This document shows, in pieces, positions 1 through 9,829 of a stretch of DNA of 24,187 nucleotides (its first letter is position 1; the number at the start of each line of letters is the position of its first letter). This DNA is from a virus (Duplodnaviria; Caudoviricetes). The position numbers were made by a program, and so were the translations under genes. Location of the stretch: positions 1-24,187 of IMG/VR virus record IMGVR_UViG_3300025018_001399, one strand, 5' to 3'. Below the pieces are notes generated by a model. The model was given only the letters and a program-made list of their open reading frames with translations, was not told the DNA's origin and ran no database searches.

Positions 1-655
1 CGGTAAACTCTGTTGCGTTTGCTATGGCTGATAGCTCATATTGATCGGTAGTATCACAGTCTATAACTGCTGTTGCGTCATCTGTTGTAGTTGCTACACG
101 CTGAGTAATGCGTTTGTTGGTGAGGGTTGTAGTTGATGAGGCTGTTGGAAATGTATCAACATACGCTTTTATACTCTGTTGAGTTGCTAACTTTACTGCA
201 CTGTTACTACTCATGGTGTCCTCATCGAGTATTCCCGTAACGGCTATTGTTCCCCCTATGTTTACACTTGTTGCGGTTACAGCTCCATGAGTTCCATCTT
301 GACCGTGTTCTACTAATCCCCAATCAACCATATCATTCCAATCTTGAGCGTTCCATACCATCTCTATAACTGCTCCTGCAGTGTGTGCCTGTTCGGTCGT
401 AGAGTCTTTCCCACGTACGTATGAGGTGAAGTTACCACCTGATACCACGCCTGTTATACGTTCATTTTTAGTAGGGGTAGCAACTGCTCCTGAGTCTACT
501 CGATCAAAAGTGAGCGTGATCCCAGTGTCAGTGGGTAGTCCTGTAACTGTTGCAGGGGTTATGGTATCTCCCGTACCAGTACCTATTCCTGTTGATAATG
601 TTGTTGAGAAAAGAGATTTATATTTCTTTAATTTGTCTGTAGCTGCTGCTGCCAT
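1..655 (-). CDS. Tail fibre / tail spike protein, N-terminal part (runs off the left edge)
   Basis: Not in the ORF track. Manual translation from ATG 655 gives MAAAATDKLKKYKSLFSTTLSTGIGTGTGDTIT... with no stop to position 1. Thr-rich, contains DEDTMSSNSAVKLATQQSIKAYVD, a motif typical of phage fibre proteins, and follows the tail-tubular-like gene. Confidence 0.75.
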   Translation of the reverse strand, partial: MAAAATDKLKKYKSLFSTTLSTGIGTGTGDTITPATVTGLPTDTGITLTFDRVDSGAVATPTKNERITGVVSGGNFTSYVRGKDSTTEQAHTAGAVIEMVWNAQDWNDMVDWGLVEHGQDGTHGAVTATSVNIGGTIAVTGILDEDTMSSNSAVKLATQQSIKAYVDTFPTASSTTTLTNKRITQRVATTTDDATAVIDCDTTDQYELSAIANATEFT

Positions 656-692
656 AATTGTTTAATAAATAATAAAATATTGTTCCAAGGCT

Positions 693-2660
693 CTAAAGTT
701 TCCAGCTGCTGGGTGGATTTACTCTCAGAGCATTCCCTTGGAAGATAAAGCTCTGTAATACATAATCTGAGTCTAATGTGTTTGTCGTTAGTCTTAACTG
801 AAAGTCACGTAATTTCTTATTGATTTTTATATACCGTGGATCTGATGAGTCTGAAAATGTAGTAGGTGTACCACCTGTAGACCCCATCAAAACATCTCCC
901 ATTATATCAAACCCTATCCCTGTCATCGATGTCTGAGGGGAAATAGTAGCTGATCCTACCGATGAGAATCCCGCACTCTTACTTGATCCCAAAACCTCAA
1001 AGTTGATAGCACCTCTTGGATTACCTAGTTTAATATATACCTTCTTTAACTTTAAAAAGTCTTTCCAAAGGTCTCGTAGTGGCCATCTTCCACTTGTATA
1101 TGTTGTTGCAAATGCTACGTTCTGATCTCCTTGAATGTTAGGTGATAGCTCTATCATTGAAGTACCTGAAGGCGGTACTGTAAGAAAACGAGTAACCCCA
1201 CCTGTATCTGTATATTCTATAAACTGTTTAGCTCCTAGTGACCAATCAACCACCCAGTTCAGTCGTTCTGTATCATAATAGATAATTCTGTTGTTTCCTG
1301 TTGCATTGGTTGGTACTGAGAAAAATACCTTAGCATCATAAAAGTATGCACAAACCCCACCTATAGCAGAACCTATAAGTGATCTGATATATGGTCGTAT
1401 TCTTGAAGATAACTCGTTAGTACGTAAAATACCGTAATAATTCTTTTCTGGTCCTAGTGTAAAAATTCCTCTACGGTTCATAAACCATATGTTGTTATTG
1501 TCGGCAGTTACTGAAAGCTGACTATCAGTGCCGGATGATCCCACAACCTTTACAGCCGCGGGAATATCAATAACCGTATCACCGATCGTCAAACTTTCTA
1601 TGCTAATCTGCCATACTGCACCCTTGCCCTCTGGTGTTGAACAAAGAACTGTAGCACGCCCTGTACCTGTACCTGTCTGATAATGTACTACTTTCTTGGG
1701 TCGTTCACGCCCTCCCTTTTCAAGATTAACCCATCCTCCATCGTAAAAGTCTGAAAATGCACCAATCTTTTGACCAGTGCCAGAATAGTACACCGTGTAA
1801 GGATTGTCGGGGTCATTGGTGGCCCATATCCTATTACCTGATATTTCCATTGACTTAAATTTAGGAGCAGTAGTTGTGTTTGATAGTGGCGGCTCAACAT
1901 ATGGATTTATAGCAACCGTTCCATCATCTATATATTTGCTTGCAGTTGATGAGTCTAATAAATTTTCATAACCTGTCCTGTCCGATACATATATTTGATA
2001 AGCAGTAGCACTGGCTACGGCGTTCCAAGTCCATGTTATGCTATCACCAGCAGTCCATTGTTCACGTGGTCTATTCATTCCTCCTGCAAGTGAAGCTTCT
2101 GTTGATCCCACTGTCTCACCTATGGTATTTAACGCCGTAACCTCTGCGTACATATTATAAATTCCTGATGCTAAACCAGAGGCGGTGCCAGCAAGCCCAG
2201 TAGGAGCAGATAACTCCGCATAAGTAGTAAGCACCGATCCATCATATCGAGCTAGAGCATCCGTTCCGTTTGCAATATATAAGTAGCCTGCAATCTGTAT
2301 AAAGTAGCACTGCGTACCTACGGTAAAAGTAGCCCCTGTAACCTCTGAAAGAGCTCCCCCATCGGTAGACTTCCAACACTTACCATTAGCAATGGTTATA
2401 AGCTCTGTAGTTCCGTCTGTATTGACATATTCAGCCGCTCCGTCTACATTACCTTCATGTACGGCTCCGTAGGTATCCGACCCCCAGCGTGGCTTCCATA
2501 GACCGTCTTGTACTTGCATTAGGTTAGTAGCTTCCTTAGCCTCATTAGTAGCAATACGAGCTTCCTCAAGCACTCGATTTACTCCGCCGTTAAACTTCTT
2601 GATTTCCCATTCTTTTCGTACTTGATTTGATTTTCCTATAGCCCTTGTTTTTATTTTCAT
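693..2660 (-). CDS. Tail tubular B / P22 gp10-like head-stabilisation (nozzle) protein with an FN3-like insertion
   Basis: 655 aa, beta-rich. N-terminus FNGGVN...EAKEATNL...DGLWKPRWG resembles gp10-like proteins. Internal LSAPTGL...ITWTWNAVASATAYQIY...YIDDG is FN3-like. Lies between adaptor and fibre. Confidence 0.7.
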   Translation of the reverse strand: MKIKTRAIGKSNQVRKEWEIKKFNGGVNRVLEEARIATNEAKEATNLMQVQDGLWKPRWGSDTYGAVHEGNVDGAAEYVNTDGTTELITIANGKCWKSTDGGALSEVTGATFTVGTQCYFIQIAGYLYIANGTDALARYDGSVLTTYAELSAPTGLAGTASGLASGIYNMYAEVTALNTIGETVGSTEASLAGGMNRPREQWTAGDSITWTWNAVASATAYQIYVSDRTGYENLLDSSTASKYIDDGTVAINPYVEPPLSNTTTAPKFKSMEISGNRIWATNDPDNPYTVYYSGTGQKIGAFSDFYDGGWVNLEKGGRERPKKVVHYQTGTGTGRATVLCSTPEGKGAVWQISIESLTIGDTVIDIPAAVKVVGSSGTDSQLSVTADNNNIWFMNRRGIFTLGPEKNYYGILRTNELSSRIRPYIRSLIGSAIGGVCAYFYDAKVFFSVPTNATGNNRIIYYDTERLNWVVDWSLGAKQFIEYTDTGGVTRFLTVPPSGTSMIELSPNIQGDQNVAFATTYTSGRWPLRDLWKDFLKLKKVYIKLGNPRGAINFEVLGSSKSAGFSSVGSATISPQTSMTGIGFDIMGDVLMGSTGGTPTTFSDSSDPRYIKINKKLRDFQLRLTTNTLDSDYVLQSFIFQGNALRVNPPSSWKL

Positions 2661-3352
2661 ACACCGAATCCGTCAAGGCTTGATGATAGTACATCTTGCC
2701 CAATATCTATAACGTCAGCTTGCATTTGTTGTAATAATCCCTCTAATATCTGTCCTTCTTCGGTAGCCTCAGATAACTGTCCGTCTGATTTGTAAAGTCT
2801 GTGTAAAACGTAATGGACTATGAAGAAAGGATTTGCCATTTCAGTTGTTGACGTTGGAGCTGTAAAGTATGTAGCATTTCTATAATATTCGTATGAGATT
2901 GTAAGTCCTGTGGTAAGTGCTACATTAGGATTAAAATTTAGAGTATATCCTAGTGAGGCATTACCTGTAAAGTAACAAAATCTATCAAGAGAAGATCCTA
3001 GTTGTTGTACTTTAGTAAGCGGGATAACTACATAAGTAGCTACAATCCCCGTTGTGTCCGAGAGTCTGACGTATGAGCCAGGTTGTGGAGGAATACGCAT
3101 GTCATCAGGAGTTGTAACGTCATAATCCCCAGCAGTAGTTGTCTTTGTACCAGTTGCAGCTGCCGATAGCTTAGTAAATAACTCAGGCCATAGCGTACCA
3201 TCTACATACTCCCATCTAATAATTGCTGCTTTGCTTAGGTTACGTGCTGTAATGTATTCAGCTGATGTAGCCGACCATGTAGTATCATCATTCTCATACA
3301 TTGAGTAGATTTGTTCTATTATGTCGGTCTCAGTTAGTGGGGCTATTGCCAT
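2657..3352 (-). CDS. Head-tail adaptor / tail tubular protein A-like
   Basis: ORF track gives 2657..3424, but the likely start is ATG 3352 (MAIAPLTE) because the upstream extension contains a terminator hairpin. About 231 aa with helical ends and a beta middle; overlaps the start of the nozzle gene by 4 nt. Confidence 0.55.
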   Translation of the reverse strand: MAIAPLTETDIIEQIYSMYENDDTTWSATSAEYITARNLSKAAIIRWEYVDGTLWPELFTKLSAAATGTKTTTAGDYDVTTPDDMRIPPQPGSYVRLSDTTGIVATYVVIPLTKVQQLGSSLDRFCYFTGNASLGYTLNFNPNVALTTGLTISYEYYRNATYFTAPTSTTEMANPFFIVHYVLHRLYKSDGQLSEATEEGQILEGLLQQMQADVIDIGQDVLSSSLDGFGV

Positions 3353-3384
3353 AGTTTGATATAAATTGATATATTTTGATCCAT

Positions 3385-3414
3385 AAAAAAAGGCAAGACA
3401 ATTACGCCTCGCCT
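3385..3414 (-). terminator. Intrinsic terminator after the 1663-aa gene
   Basis: Minus strand AGGCGAGGCG-TAAT-TGTCTTGCCT forms a 10-bp stem with G-U pairs, followed by a T-run. Confidence 0.75.
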
Positions 3415-3453
3415 GACTGTTCACTTATTACAGTATAGGTTTAATACACTTTG

Positions 3454-6400
3454 TTACACTTTAACTCTCATTGTACGAGTTTTATTCCTTAATGTCAAAT
3501 TAAGTTTCTTTTTATCTGCTACTTTGATCGTTGGCATCTTTAAATCTAACTTTGCTCTTGATACTGATCTAGCTGTAATTTTAGGAAAAGTAAGTTTAGT
3601 TAGTTTCTTTGCCTTACCTTTACTAGTAGACTTTTTAACTTTAGCCTTTAGATCAATAAGTTTTTGTAGTAATGCTTCCGCTTCTTTACCTGTTATCTTC
3701 TCCATCTCAAAGAGCTTCATAATCTTCTTATTCTCTGCGGTTATGGCACTATTAAACTTAGATACAAGTTTTTTATCAAGCTCCGTGTTACCTGTGAGAG
3801 TAGGATTTGTGATATCTACAAGTTCTATGGTTTTGACCTTCCCCTTGTCATCGGTATAGTCGTAGGACTTATCACTTACCTGTTTTTCCATTACATACTC
3901 CTTATGTGGATTCTTCTCAATCCATTCTTTCACTTGCTCTTGTGCTTCTTGTCTGGTTATCTTACCTGATTGCAACTCTTTAATCAGTCTATTGTCATTT
4001 TTAGTCTTAGCCTCGTGCCATTCTTTCGGTACATACTTCAAGTTTTCTTCTGAGTTGTCACCACCAAGCCCAAGTGGGATAATGTGATCTCGCTGTAAGT
4101 TAGGGTCTTTTTCTTTGTTTAAAAAGTCTTGACGCTTTAGAATAACTGCATTACCTCTAATCTTACGCAATTCTTCTTGAGTGAATATTGCTTTAATGGT
4201 AGTTTCGGGGTCTTTTGTCATACCCTGAGCTGCAAGCGCTATCTTGTCGAGAATGTTTTGTGGCTGATCTTTAGTGTCTTGAAAAGAAACCTTTTCAGAT
4301 TGAAGAGGTACGTTAGGTACACCAAGTTTTTTACCAGAATAACTAATTCCCTTAGTGTCAAATCCTTGATCTCTTAATTTAAATAAAACACCCTGTCGTT
4401 CTTTATCACTTCCCATACCCTTCAGGTAATCTCTTATTATTTCTTTCTGCTCTTCACTTCCTGTTTCATATTTTTTAAATGAATTAAAAAACTCATTCTG
4501 ACCACGTTTTATCACTGATTTTTGAGTTTGTTCCTCTGATTGTGTTTTATAAAATCTATTCGAAAATGGTACCTCTGATGCTTTTAGCTCTGTTCCTTTT
4601 ATTAAAGAGGTTGAAGTATTGACGACTCTTGTCGCAGCCTTGCCTATTCCACCAATATATGCTCTGTATGCGTATAGTAAATCGTTCGGGGATATATCAA
4701 TTAATCCACCACTTGCCTTACGTGCGCCTTCTGTAGTTTTTATAGCTATTCTTCCTGATAATGTTTTATCCGTATCTGCAAAACGTTGTTCAACATTAGG
4801 TAAGCCCTTCAACCAGTCTGGTTTTATAATTCCACCACTCCACGACTTATTTCTTGCTAGTTCAAGTGGAGTGTCCAAAAATGTAGGAGTAGCAGAGGAC
4901 ATAATATCTTCACCCCCCGCAGGATTATATGCATCAAATGCAGATGAGGCTATCTTAACAGCAGCATCTCCTAAATTACTTGTATGACCAGATGATATAT
5001 CGTAAGCCACATCTGACGCAACTTTTAATGGTTTAATGCCCCATGAAACAGGTATAGTTATGTACTTAGACCCTTCTTGTGAAGGAAGCATAACAACCAT
5101 ATTTGAATTTCTATCCCATTCTGTTACCTTATCTCTCCAATCAGGATCAATCATATCATTCCAATTATTTGTTGCAAATACTGATGTGCCGACCATAGTC
5201 ACTACCGTAGCTGCGACTTTAGGATTTTTCATTGCCTTTAACATTTTGGTTGACCCTTGTATAGAAGCATTGGAGAACATATACAAAGAGTTTATAATCG
5301 GACCCCCCGTACCTTTCTTATTGAAATTAACTGTGGCATTTTTAGCAAGTGACGCAGCCTGTTCACGACTCATACCATTTTCTAAGGCTTGTTTGTAGAC
5401 TGAAAAACGTGTTGAGTCCTCAAATACCGTGTTCCATTTATCAAAGCCCTCAAGTATGCCTTGCGCTGCTTGACGAGGTTTACTTTTATTAAGTTTCGTT
5501 ATAGCCTCCAAATCAATCTCTACCTGTTTACGAGTAGATAAAGCCATGCCACCAGTAGTCCCACCATCAAGTTGCATTTGCTTATATAGTTTTATATCAG
5601 GTGAATCTTTCCCCATGATTGCACCCATTATTGTTTTTATACTTGCAGGTGTTTTTCCTAAAGTTTTTGCTGTTCCTGTAAATCCTATATCCTTCTGTGA
5701 AGCCATAAATACAGCCATTTCTTGCGTATCTCTGATTATGTTAGATGCCGCAAACTCAGGGTTAAATCTTGTATGCAGACCTGAATAAACTCTTGTAAAT
5801 GTATTTACAAACTTAAATACAGAAGGTAACCTTTCGTTTCCTATCCCTTGAAAAGTCTGTGCTAATTTTGGATCATTTATTTTTAGATATATTGGTTTTC
5901 CATCTTCCATAATATGTAATACTTGAGGGTCTTTGACCTGTTGCGTTATAATCTTTCCATCAAATGTCTTGCCTATTGCCCTAGGTCGTATCTCCTCAAA
6001 TACTCCAAGCTGTTTATTAGCACGAGCAAACTCCAAAGTTGCAAGATTGACACGATTTTTCTCTGCTCTAACTACTGCTGCCTCAAGGTTAGAAGCTACA
6101 TTTGTAAATATATCCGCAACTTCAAGATCAGACCCTTTAGCTCGTTTTATCCCAGAGCCTTTGACATTAAATCCTTTATTTGTCAATACATCGACAATAT
6201 CATCCGCATCATTTATTACACGATTTAAGGGTACATGATTTTTATATTTCGTACGTAGTTGATTGTATAAATCACGTCCTATCACCCTTTGTTCAAGAAG
6301 AATATCAAGAGTTTGTTTATTCATATCCTGTATAGTGTTTGCTATGCGCTTGACTTCTTTTAAGTTCTTCAAGTTTTTAAGTGTCTCTGTTGCCTGTTTA

Positions 6401-8445
6401 TTAGTCATACCAGCAGCGCCATCGCCAAGGGCGGCGTTACGCTCTGGAGCATGGGTGGCTTGAAGGTACTTATTGACATTTTTTCTCAAAGTGGCATCAG
6501 GAATATTTAGTTTTTTAGATGTTGTAATCATATCCTTATCTATATCAGATAAAGATGATTTGATATTCTCTATTCTTGCACCTACTCGTCCATGATAGAG
6601 TTCTTCTTTCAAGTATGGGTTCGCTTTGTCGGTTACTTTTACACCTTTTTGACGTTGAAGGTTTTTTGCCCGTATCCAGTTATCTTGCACCACTTCTCGT
6701 AATTTGGTAACAATTCCAGAAGGCTTGACGCCCGATATATCATCTTTTATCGGATTATTTGTTATACTCTTTTTTAATGTGGTACGAGAACTCATTACTG
6801 GTGTACTTTTTATACGGGGTGTATTTATTGGTGTTTTTAATACTATTGGGGATAATGACATAGTGTCTACTTTCTGCATGGTGGATTTGGCTGGTATTTT
6901 TTCAGGAAGGGTAGCCTTATTCCATATGTCGGTGAGTTGGGATGTTTTAGGAGAATAACTAAAGGTACTCGCCATTGATAAAGATGGCAAAGTTTCTAGG
7001 TCTTTTGGAAATCTCAAATCTTTCACCTTCGCAGTATAGGAATAAACTTTCCCTCCATTCTGTTTCTTTATATCATTGGCATAGGTTTTGTCAGTTGTCA
7101 CCCAATCCCCATCGTTTAATTCATTCTTGGGAGAGGCACGATAAATAGTTACTTCTGCATCGGGGTTGTTTTGTAGCTTTTCTAATCTCTTTAGATCTGT
7201 CAGATTATACTTATTAAGATAGCCATTTCTTGTTCGTATACCCTCTTTTAATGTCGGCATATCAATCTTATCTGCCGTAATACTATCAGATAGTCCCAAT
7301 TGATGTGCCGATCTATAATCCTGTTTAGTCTGCCCCTTCACAAACTCCTCTGCACTCTTGTACTTTCGAGCCTCCACCTTCAAGGCTTCTGTAGGGTCTG
7401 TTTTAGGCTTCCCTCCTATAATCTCATCTGGTTTGATGAAGCCTCTATTATAATCTCCATCTCTAGGAAGACCTAAAGATTCTCTCATATCTCCATAAAA
7501 TGGAGGTTCTTTTTTATTCTTTTTATTTTTACCAGCAAATCTTCCTACTTCATCTCTAACAAATGTCTTAACAGCTTGCGTTGCCTCTTTGTCTATTGCT
7601 TGAGGATTTACTTTTTTATATTTACTAATAAGCCTACCAAATTGTTGACCGATTACATATCCAGCTCCAATCGTTACTCCTCCTAATGCTGCTCCTGCTG
7701 ATGTGCCAATAACTCCACTGGTGATACCTTCTTGAAGCTGTTTAAATAAATTTTCAGCATTACGACCATCTGACAACCCTTGTAATGCACCGCCTACTCC
7801 TCCGTATTGCGCTCCTGTCTTTGCTCCTTGTTTTATAACCTCTTTAAATAATTGTTTTCCTCCCTGTTCAATTGCTGTTTTACCGAATCCAAATACTTTT
7901 CCACCACCATAAGCATCAAATACTGGTAATACACTACCTGCTACATTACCTATGACTTGTTGAGTGTTAGCGTTATTTCCCATTATGTTATAACCTAATC
8001 TAGCTTGTGATGATCTTAAATTCTTATAATTTGGATTACTTCTACCTCCAAGTGTGCGACCTGCCATATTAGCTATATCAAGCGTAGGATTAACTATACC
8101 TTTATTTATTATGCTATCTGCAACACTAACTCCTATATTAGCAAGACCTGTACCTGCACCAGCTATAAAGTTTGAAGCCTTGTTTTGTAGTTTTGGAGCT
8201 TGGAATTGACCAAACTGTACAGGTTTAGGAGATTCTAGAAAGTTTTGTGCAGCTGCAAATGGTTGTAATGCAGCACGATACATATTATTAGCCTTATACC
8301 CAATTGTCTGTGTGGGTTGACTATATTGAGGAACAGGAGACATTACCTTAGGCTGTATAGCATTACCAATATCACTCAGAGTCTGAGGGACACCACCCAT
8401 CATTTGTTTGATCTTATCGACCAAACTGGAAGATTTATAAGCCAT
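3454..8445 (-). CDS. Large multi-domain (polyvalent) virion ejection / internal protein with ART-like, LPD38-like and HNH segments
   Basis: 1663 aa. Gly/Ala-rich hydrophobic N-terminal region; VTIYRA...GDWVT...YA segment; long helical core; LPD38-like YITIPV...PTFLDTPLELARNKSWSGGII; HNH-type DHIIPLGLGGDNSEENL...H..KT; Lys-rich C-terminus. Confidence 0.7.
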   Translation of the reverse strand: MAYKSSSLVDKIKQMMGGVPQTLSDIGNAIQPKVMSPVPQYSQPTQTIGYKANNMYRAALQPFAAAQNFLESPKPVQFGQFQAPKLQNKASNFIAGAGTGLANIGVSVADSIINKGIVNPTLDIANMAGRTLGGRSNPNYKNLRSSQARLGYNIMGNNANTQQVIGNVAGSVLPVFDAYGGGKVFGFGKTAIEQGGKQLFKEVIKQGAKTGAQYGGVGGALQGLSDGRNAENLFKQLQEGITSGVIGTSAGAALGGVTIGAGYVIGQQFGRLISKYKKVNPQAIDKEATQAVKTFVRDEVGRFAGKNKKNKKEPPFYGDMRESLGLPRDGDYNRGFIKPDEIIGGKPKTDPTEALKVEARKYKSAEEFVKGQTKQDYRSAHQLGLSDSITADKIDMPTLKEGIRTRNGYLNKYNLTDLKRLEKLQNNPDAEVTIYRASPKNELNDGDWVTTDKTYANDIKKQNGGKVYSYTAKVKDLRFPKDLETLPSLSMASTFSYSPKTSQLTDIWNKATLPEKIPAKSTMQKVDTMSLSPIVLKTPINTPRIKSTPVMSSRTTLKKSITNNPIKDDISGVKPSGIVTKLREVVQDNWIRAKNLQRQKGVKVTDKANPYLKEELYHGRVGARIENIKSSLSDIDKDMITTSKKLNIPDATLRKNVNKYLQATHAPERNAALGDGAAGMTNKQATETLKNLKNLKEVKRIANTIQDMNKQTLDILLEQRVIGRDLYNQLRTKYKNHVPLNRVINDADDIVDVLTNKGFNVKGSGIKRAKGSDLEVADIFTNVASNLEAAVVRAEKNRVNLATLEFARANKQLGVFEEIRPRAIGKTFDGKIITQQVKDPQVLHIMEDGKPIYLKINDPKLAQTFQGIGNERLPSVFKFVNTFTRVYSGLHTRFNPEFAASNIIRDTQEMAVFMASQKDIGFTGTAKTLGKTPASIKTIMGAIMGKDSPDIKLYKQMQLDGGTTGGMALSTRKQVEIDLEAITKLNKSKPRQAAQGILEGFDKWNTVFEDSTRFSVYKQALENGMSREQAASLAKNATVNFNKKGTGGPIINSLYMFSNASIQGSTKMLKAMKNPKVAATVVTMVGTSVFATNNWNDMIDPDWRDKVTEWDRNSNMVVMLPSQEGSKYITIPVSWGIKPLKVASDVAYDISSGHTSNLGDAAVKIASSAFDAYNPAGGEDIMSSATPTFLDTPLELARNKSWSGGIIKPDWLKGLPNVEQRFADTDKTLSGRIAIKTTEGARKASGGLIDISPNDLLYAYRAYIGGIGKAATRVVNTSTSLIKGTELKASEVPFSNRFYKTQSEEQTQKSVIKRGQNEFFNSFKKYETGSEEQKEIIRDYLKGMGSDKERQGVLFKLRDQGFDTKGISYSGKKLGVPNVPLQSEKVSFQDTKDQPQNILDKIALAAQGMTKDPETTIKAIFTQEELRKIRGNAVILKRQDFLNKEKDPNLQRDHIIPLGLGGDNSEENLKYVPKEWHEAKTKNDNRLIKELQSGKITRQEAQEQVKEWIEKNPHKEYVMEKQVSDKSYDYTDDKGKVKTIELVDITNPTLTGNTELDKKLVSKFNSAITAENKKIMKLFEMEKITGKEAEALLQKLIDLKAKVKKSTSKGKAKKLTKLTFPKITARSVSRAKLDLKMPTIKVADKKKLNLTLRNKTRTMRVKV

Positions 8446-8451
8446 AATGTT

Positions 8452-9639
8452 TTATCCTATTAAATTTCCGAATGCGTCTCGTTTTTGTGAAGATGCTAGA
8501 CTTCCACCTGGTACATAACTAGTCTGGTTACCGTCTGCTCCATAGTTTATTCCTTGCATCTGACCTGTCTGGATATTAGGATCACCCATTGTAGTAAGCT
8601 GTGCGAGGTTGCTTTTAAGTTCTCCTATTGTTTTAGAGTTGCTTGCTGCCCATGACATAAGGGTGTTGTTTTTGTTCTTATAGTCTGCATCAGCTTGCAT
8701 AAGAGCTTGTTGAGCGTTCTGTAATAGCTGTGTAGAAAGTGAAGCAAGCGACATCCCTTTTTGTAGTTTCCCTTGAGCCTTAGCTTGTAGGTAACCATCA
8801 AGTTTATCTTGAAAGTATTGCGCTACTTGGATAATGTTATTATCACGCTCCGTTTTTAATTTTGATATCTCTTGTGTAACAATGTTATTAACCTTTGCTT
8901 CACGATCTGCTATATCACCTTCTAGGCTTCTAGTTTGAGAAAGTACATCGGCTCTTTGCTTACTAGCCATCTTTGTTATGGCGTAACCGGCTTTGCCTGC
9001 CGCACTTGAGTCTCCTGCTCCTCTAATTCCAAGTACCGTATTAGCTGTTCTAAATAGGTTTTGTATATTGTCTCCAATGTCAGTTAATGATTTTACCTGT
9101 TGTTCCCCAACCTTACGTCTTGATGTGGCAAGATCCCCCATACTTGATTCTTTTTGTGCATTTATATCAGTTAAGCCTTGATTGTAAGAATTGTTAACAA
9201 TTTGCTCTTGTCCTTTTTGTTGATTAGGCACTCCACCTATCATCTGATCTAGAGATTGAAAGTATGAGTCATATCCTTGATTTATAGCACTTTTAGCTTC
9301 ACTCTCATATTTTGATGCTTGAATATCTTGTGCTGTAGGCTCTTTTGTCCATGACTTACCGTCCCATCTGAATCCACCTACAATATCGCCTACATTAGAG
9401 CCACCTGACGTTGGTGCATTTGATTGAGGAGTTGGGGTAGGTACAGGAGTGAGAGGTTTTAAATTTTGATTATAGACATCGCTTATATTTGAAACTCCAA
9501 TAAAATTATTTGAATTATCAAAAGTTGCATAATCGTTATTGTATCCAAGACCAGGACCTATTACTTGATTAGGAGTTGATTGTAAAGCTCCTGAATACTT
9601 TGTAGGAGTAATAGCCGGTGTAGGGTATTTTGTAGCCAT
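8452..9639 (-). CDS. Probable ejection / internal virion protein (coiled-coil)
   Basis: Pro/Thr-rich N-terminus, long Gln/Ala-rich helical region with GIRGAGDSSAA motif, directly upstream of the large ejection protein. Start is either 9639 (MATKYP) or 9690. Confidence 0.55.
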   Translation of the reverse strand: MATKYPTPAITPTKYSGALQSTPNQVIGPGLGYNNDYATFDNSNNFIGVSNISDVYNQNLKPLTPVPTPTPQSNAPTSGGSNVGDIVGGFRWDGKSWTKEPTAQDIQASKYESEAKSAINQGYDSYFQSLDQMIGGVPNQQKGQEQIVNNSYNQGLTDINAQKESSMGDLATSRRKVGEQQVKSLTDIGDNIQNLFRTANTVLGIRGAGDSSAAGKAGYAITKMASKQRADVLSQTRSLEGDIADREAKVNNIVTQEISKLKTERDNNIIQVAQYFQDKLDGYLQAKAQGKLQKGMSLASLSTQLLQNAQQALMQADADYKNKNNTLMSWAASNSKTIGELKSNLAQLTTMGDPNIQTGQMQGINYGADGNQTSYVPGGSLASSQKRDAFGNLIG

Positions 9640-9690
9640 AGTATTTGTAGAAATTAATAAAAATAGTAAAAATAATAATAAATTTTTCAT

Positions 9691-9756
9691 AAAAAAAACC
9701 TCTCACTTAAATTTCAAGACAGCATTACACTAATCTTGAAGTCTAAACAAGAGGTT
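9691..9756 (-). terminator. Long stem-loop with U-tract (terminator or attenuator-like)
   Basis: AACCTCT/AGAGGTT (9750-9756 with 9697-9703) and TTCAAGA/TCTTGAA (9734-9740 with 9713-9719). The intervening 9 nt pair at 8 of 9 positions using G-U pairs on the minus strand only. Ends in T8. Confidence 0.7.
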
Positions 9757-9801
9757 GATCGTTCGTTCCAACGAATGTTACTTGCGTATCTTCTGCTATT
9801 A

Positions 9802-9829
9802 AATATATCAGAGCATGTCTACTTGTCAA
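9802..9829 (-). promoter_or_regulatory. Sigma70-type promoter with extended -10
   Basis: TTGACA (9829-9824), 16-nt spacer ending TGA, then TATATT (9807-9802). Confidence 0.7.

Noticed and set aside
381-665. Plus-strand 94-aa ORF and the many other plus-strand ORFs up to 23867
   Set aside because: They are antisense shadows of well-supported minus-strand genes and show no motifs of their own.
3432-3460. Promoter ahead of the adaptor gene (TATACT at 3437-3432)
   Set aside because: No -35 box or extended TG; the adjacent hairpin is adequately explained as the terminator of the upstream gene.
3454-8445. Tape-measure protein or virion RNA polymerase
   Set aside because: No tail tube, sheath or chaperone genes are nearby, and no periodic repeats or polymerase motifs were recognised; the layout is podovirus-like.
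9640-9690. Signal peptide MKNLLLFLLFLLISTNT on the 412-aa ORF
   Set aside because: Probably a translation of an AT-rich UTR, since its ATG abuts the terminator U-tract and ATG 9639 fits the MA- starts of other structural genes. Not fully excluded.
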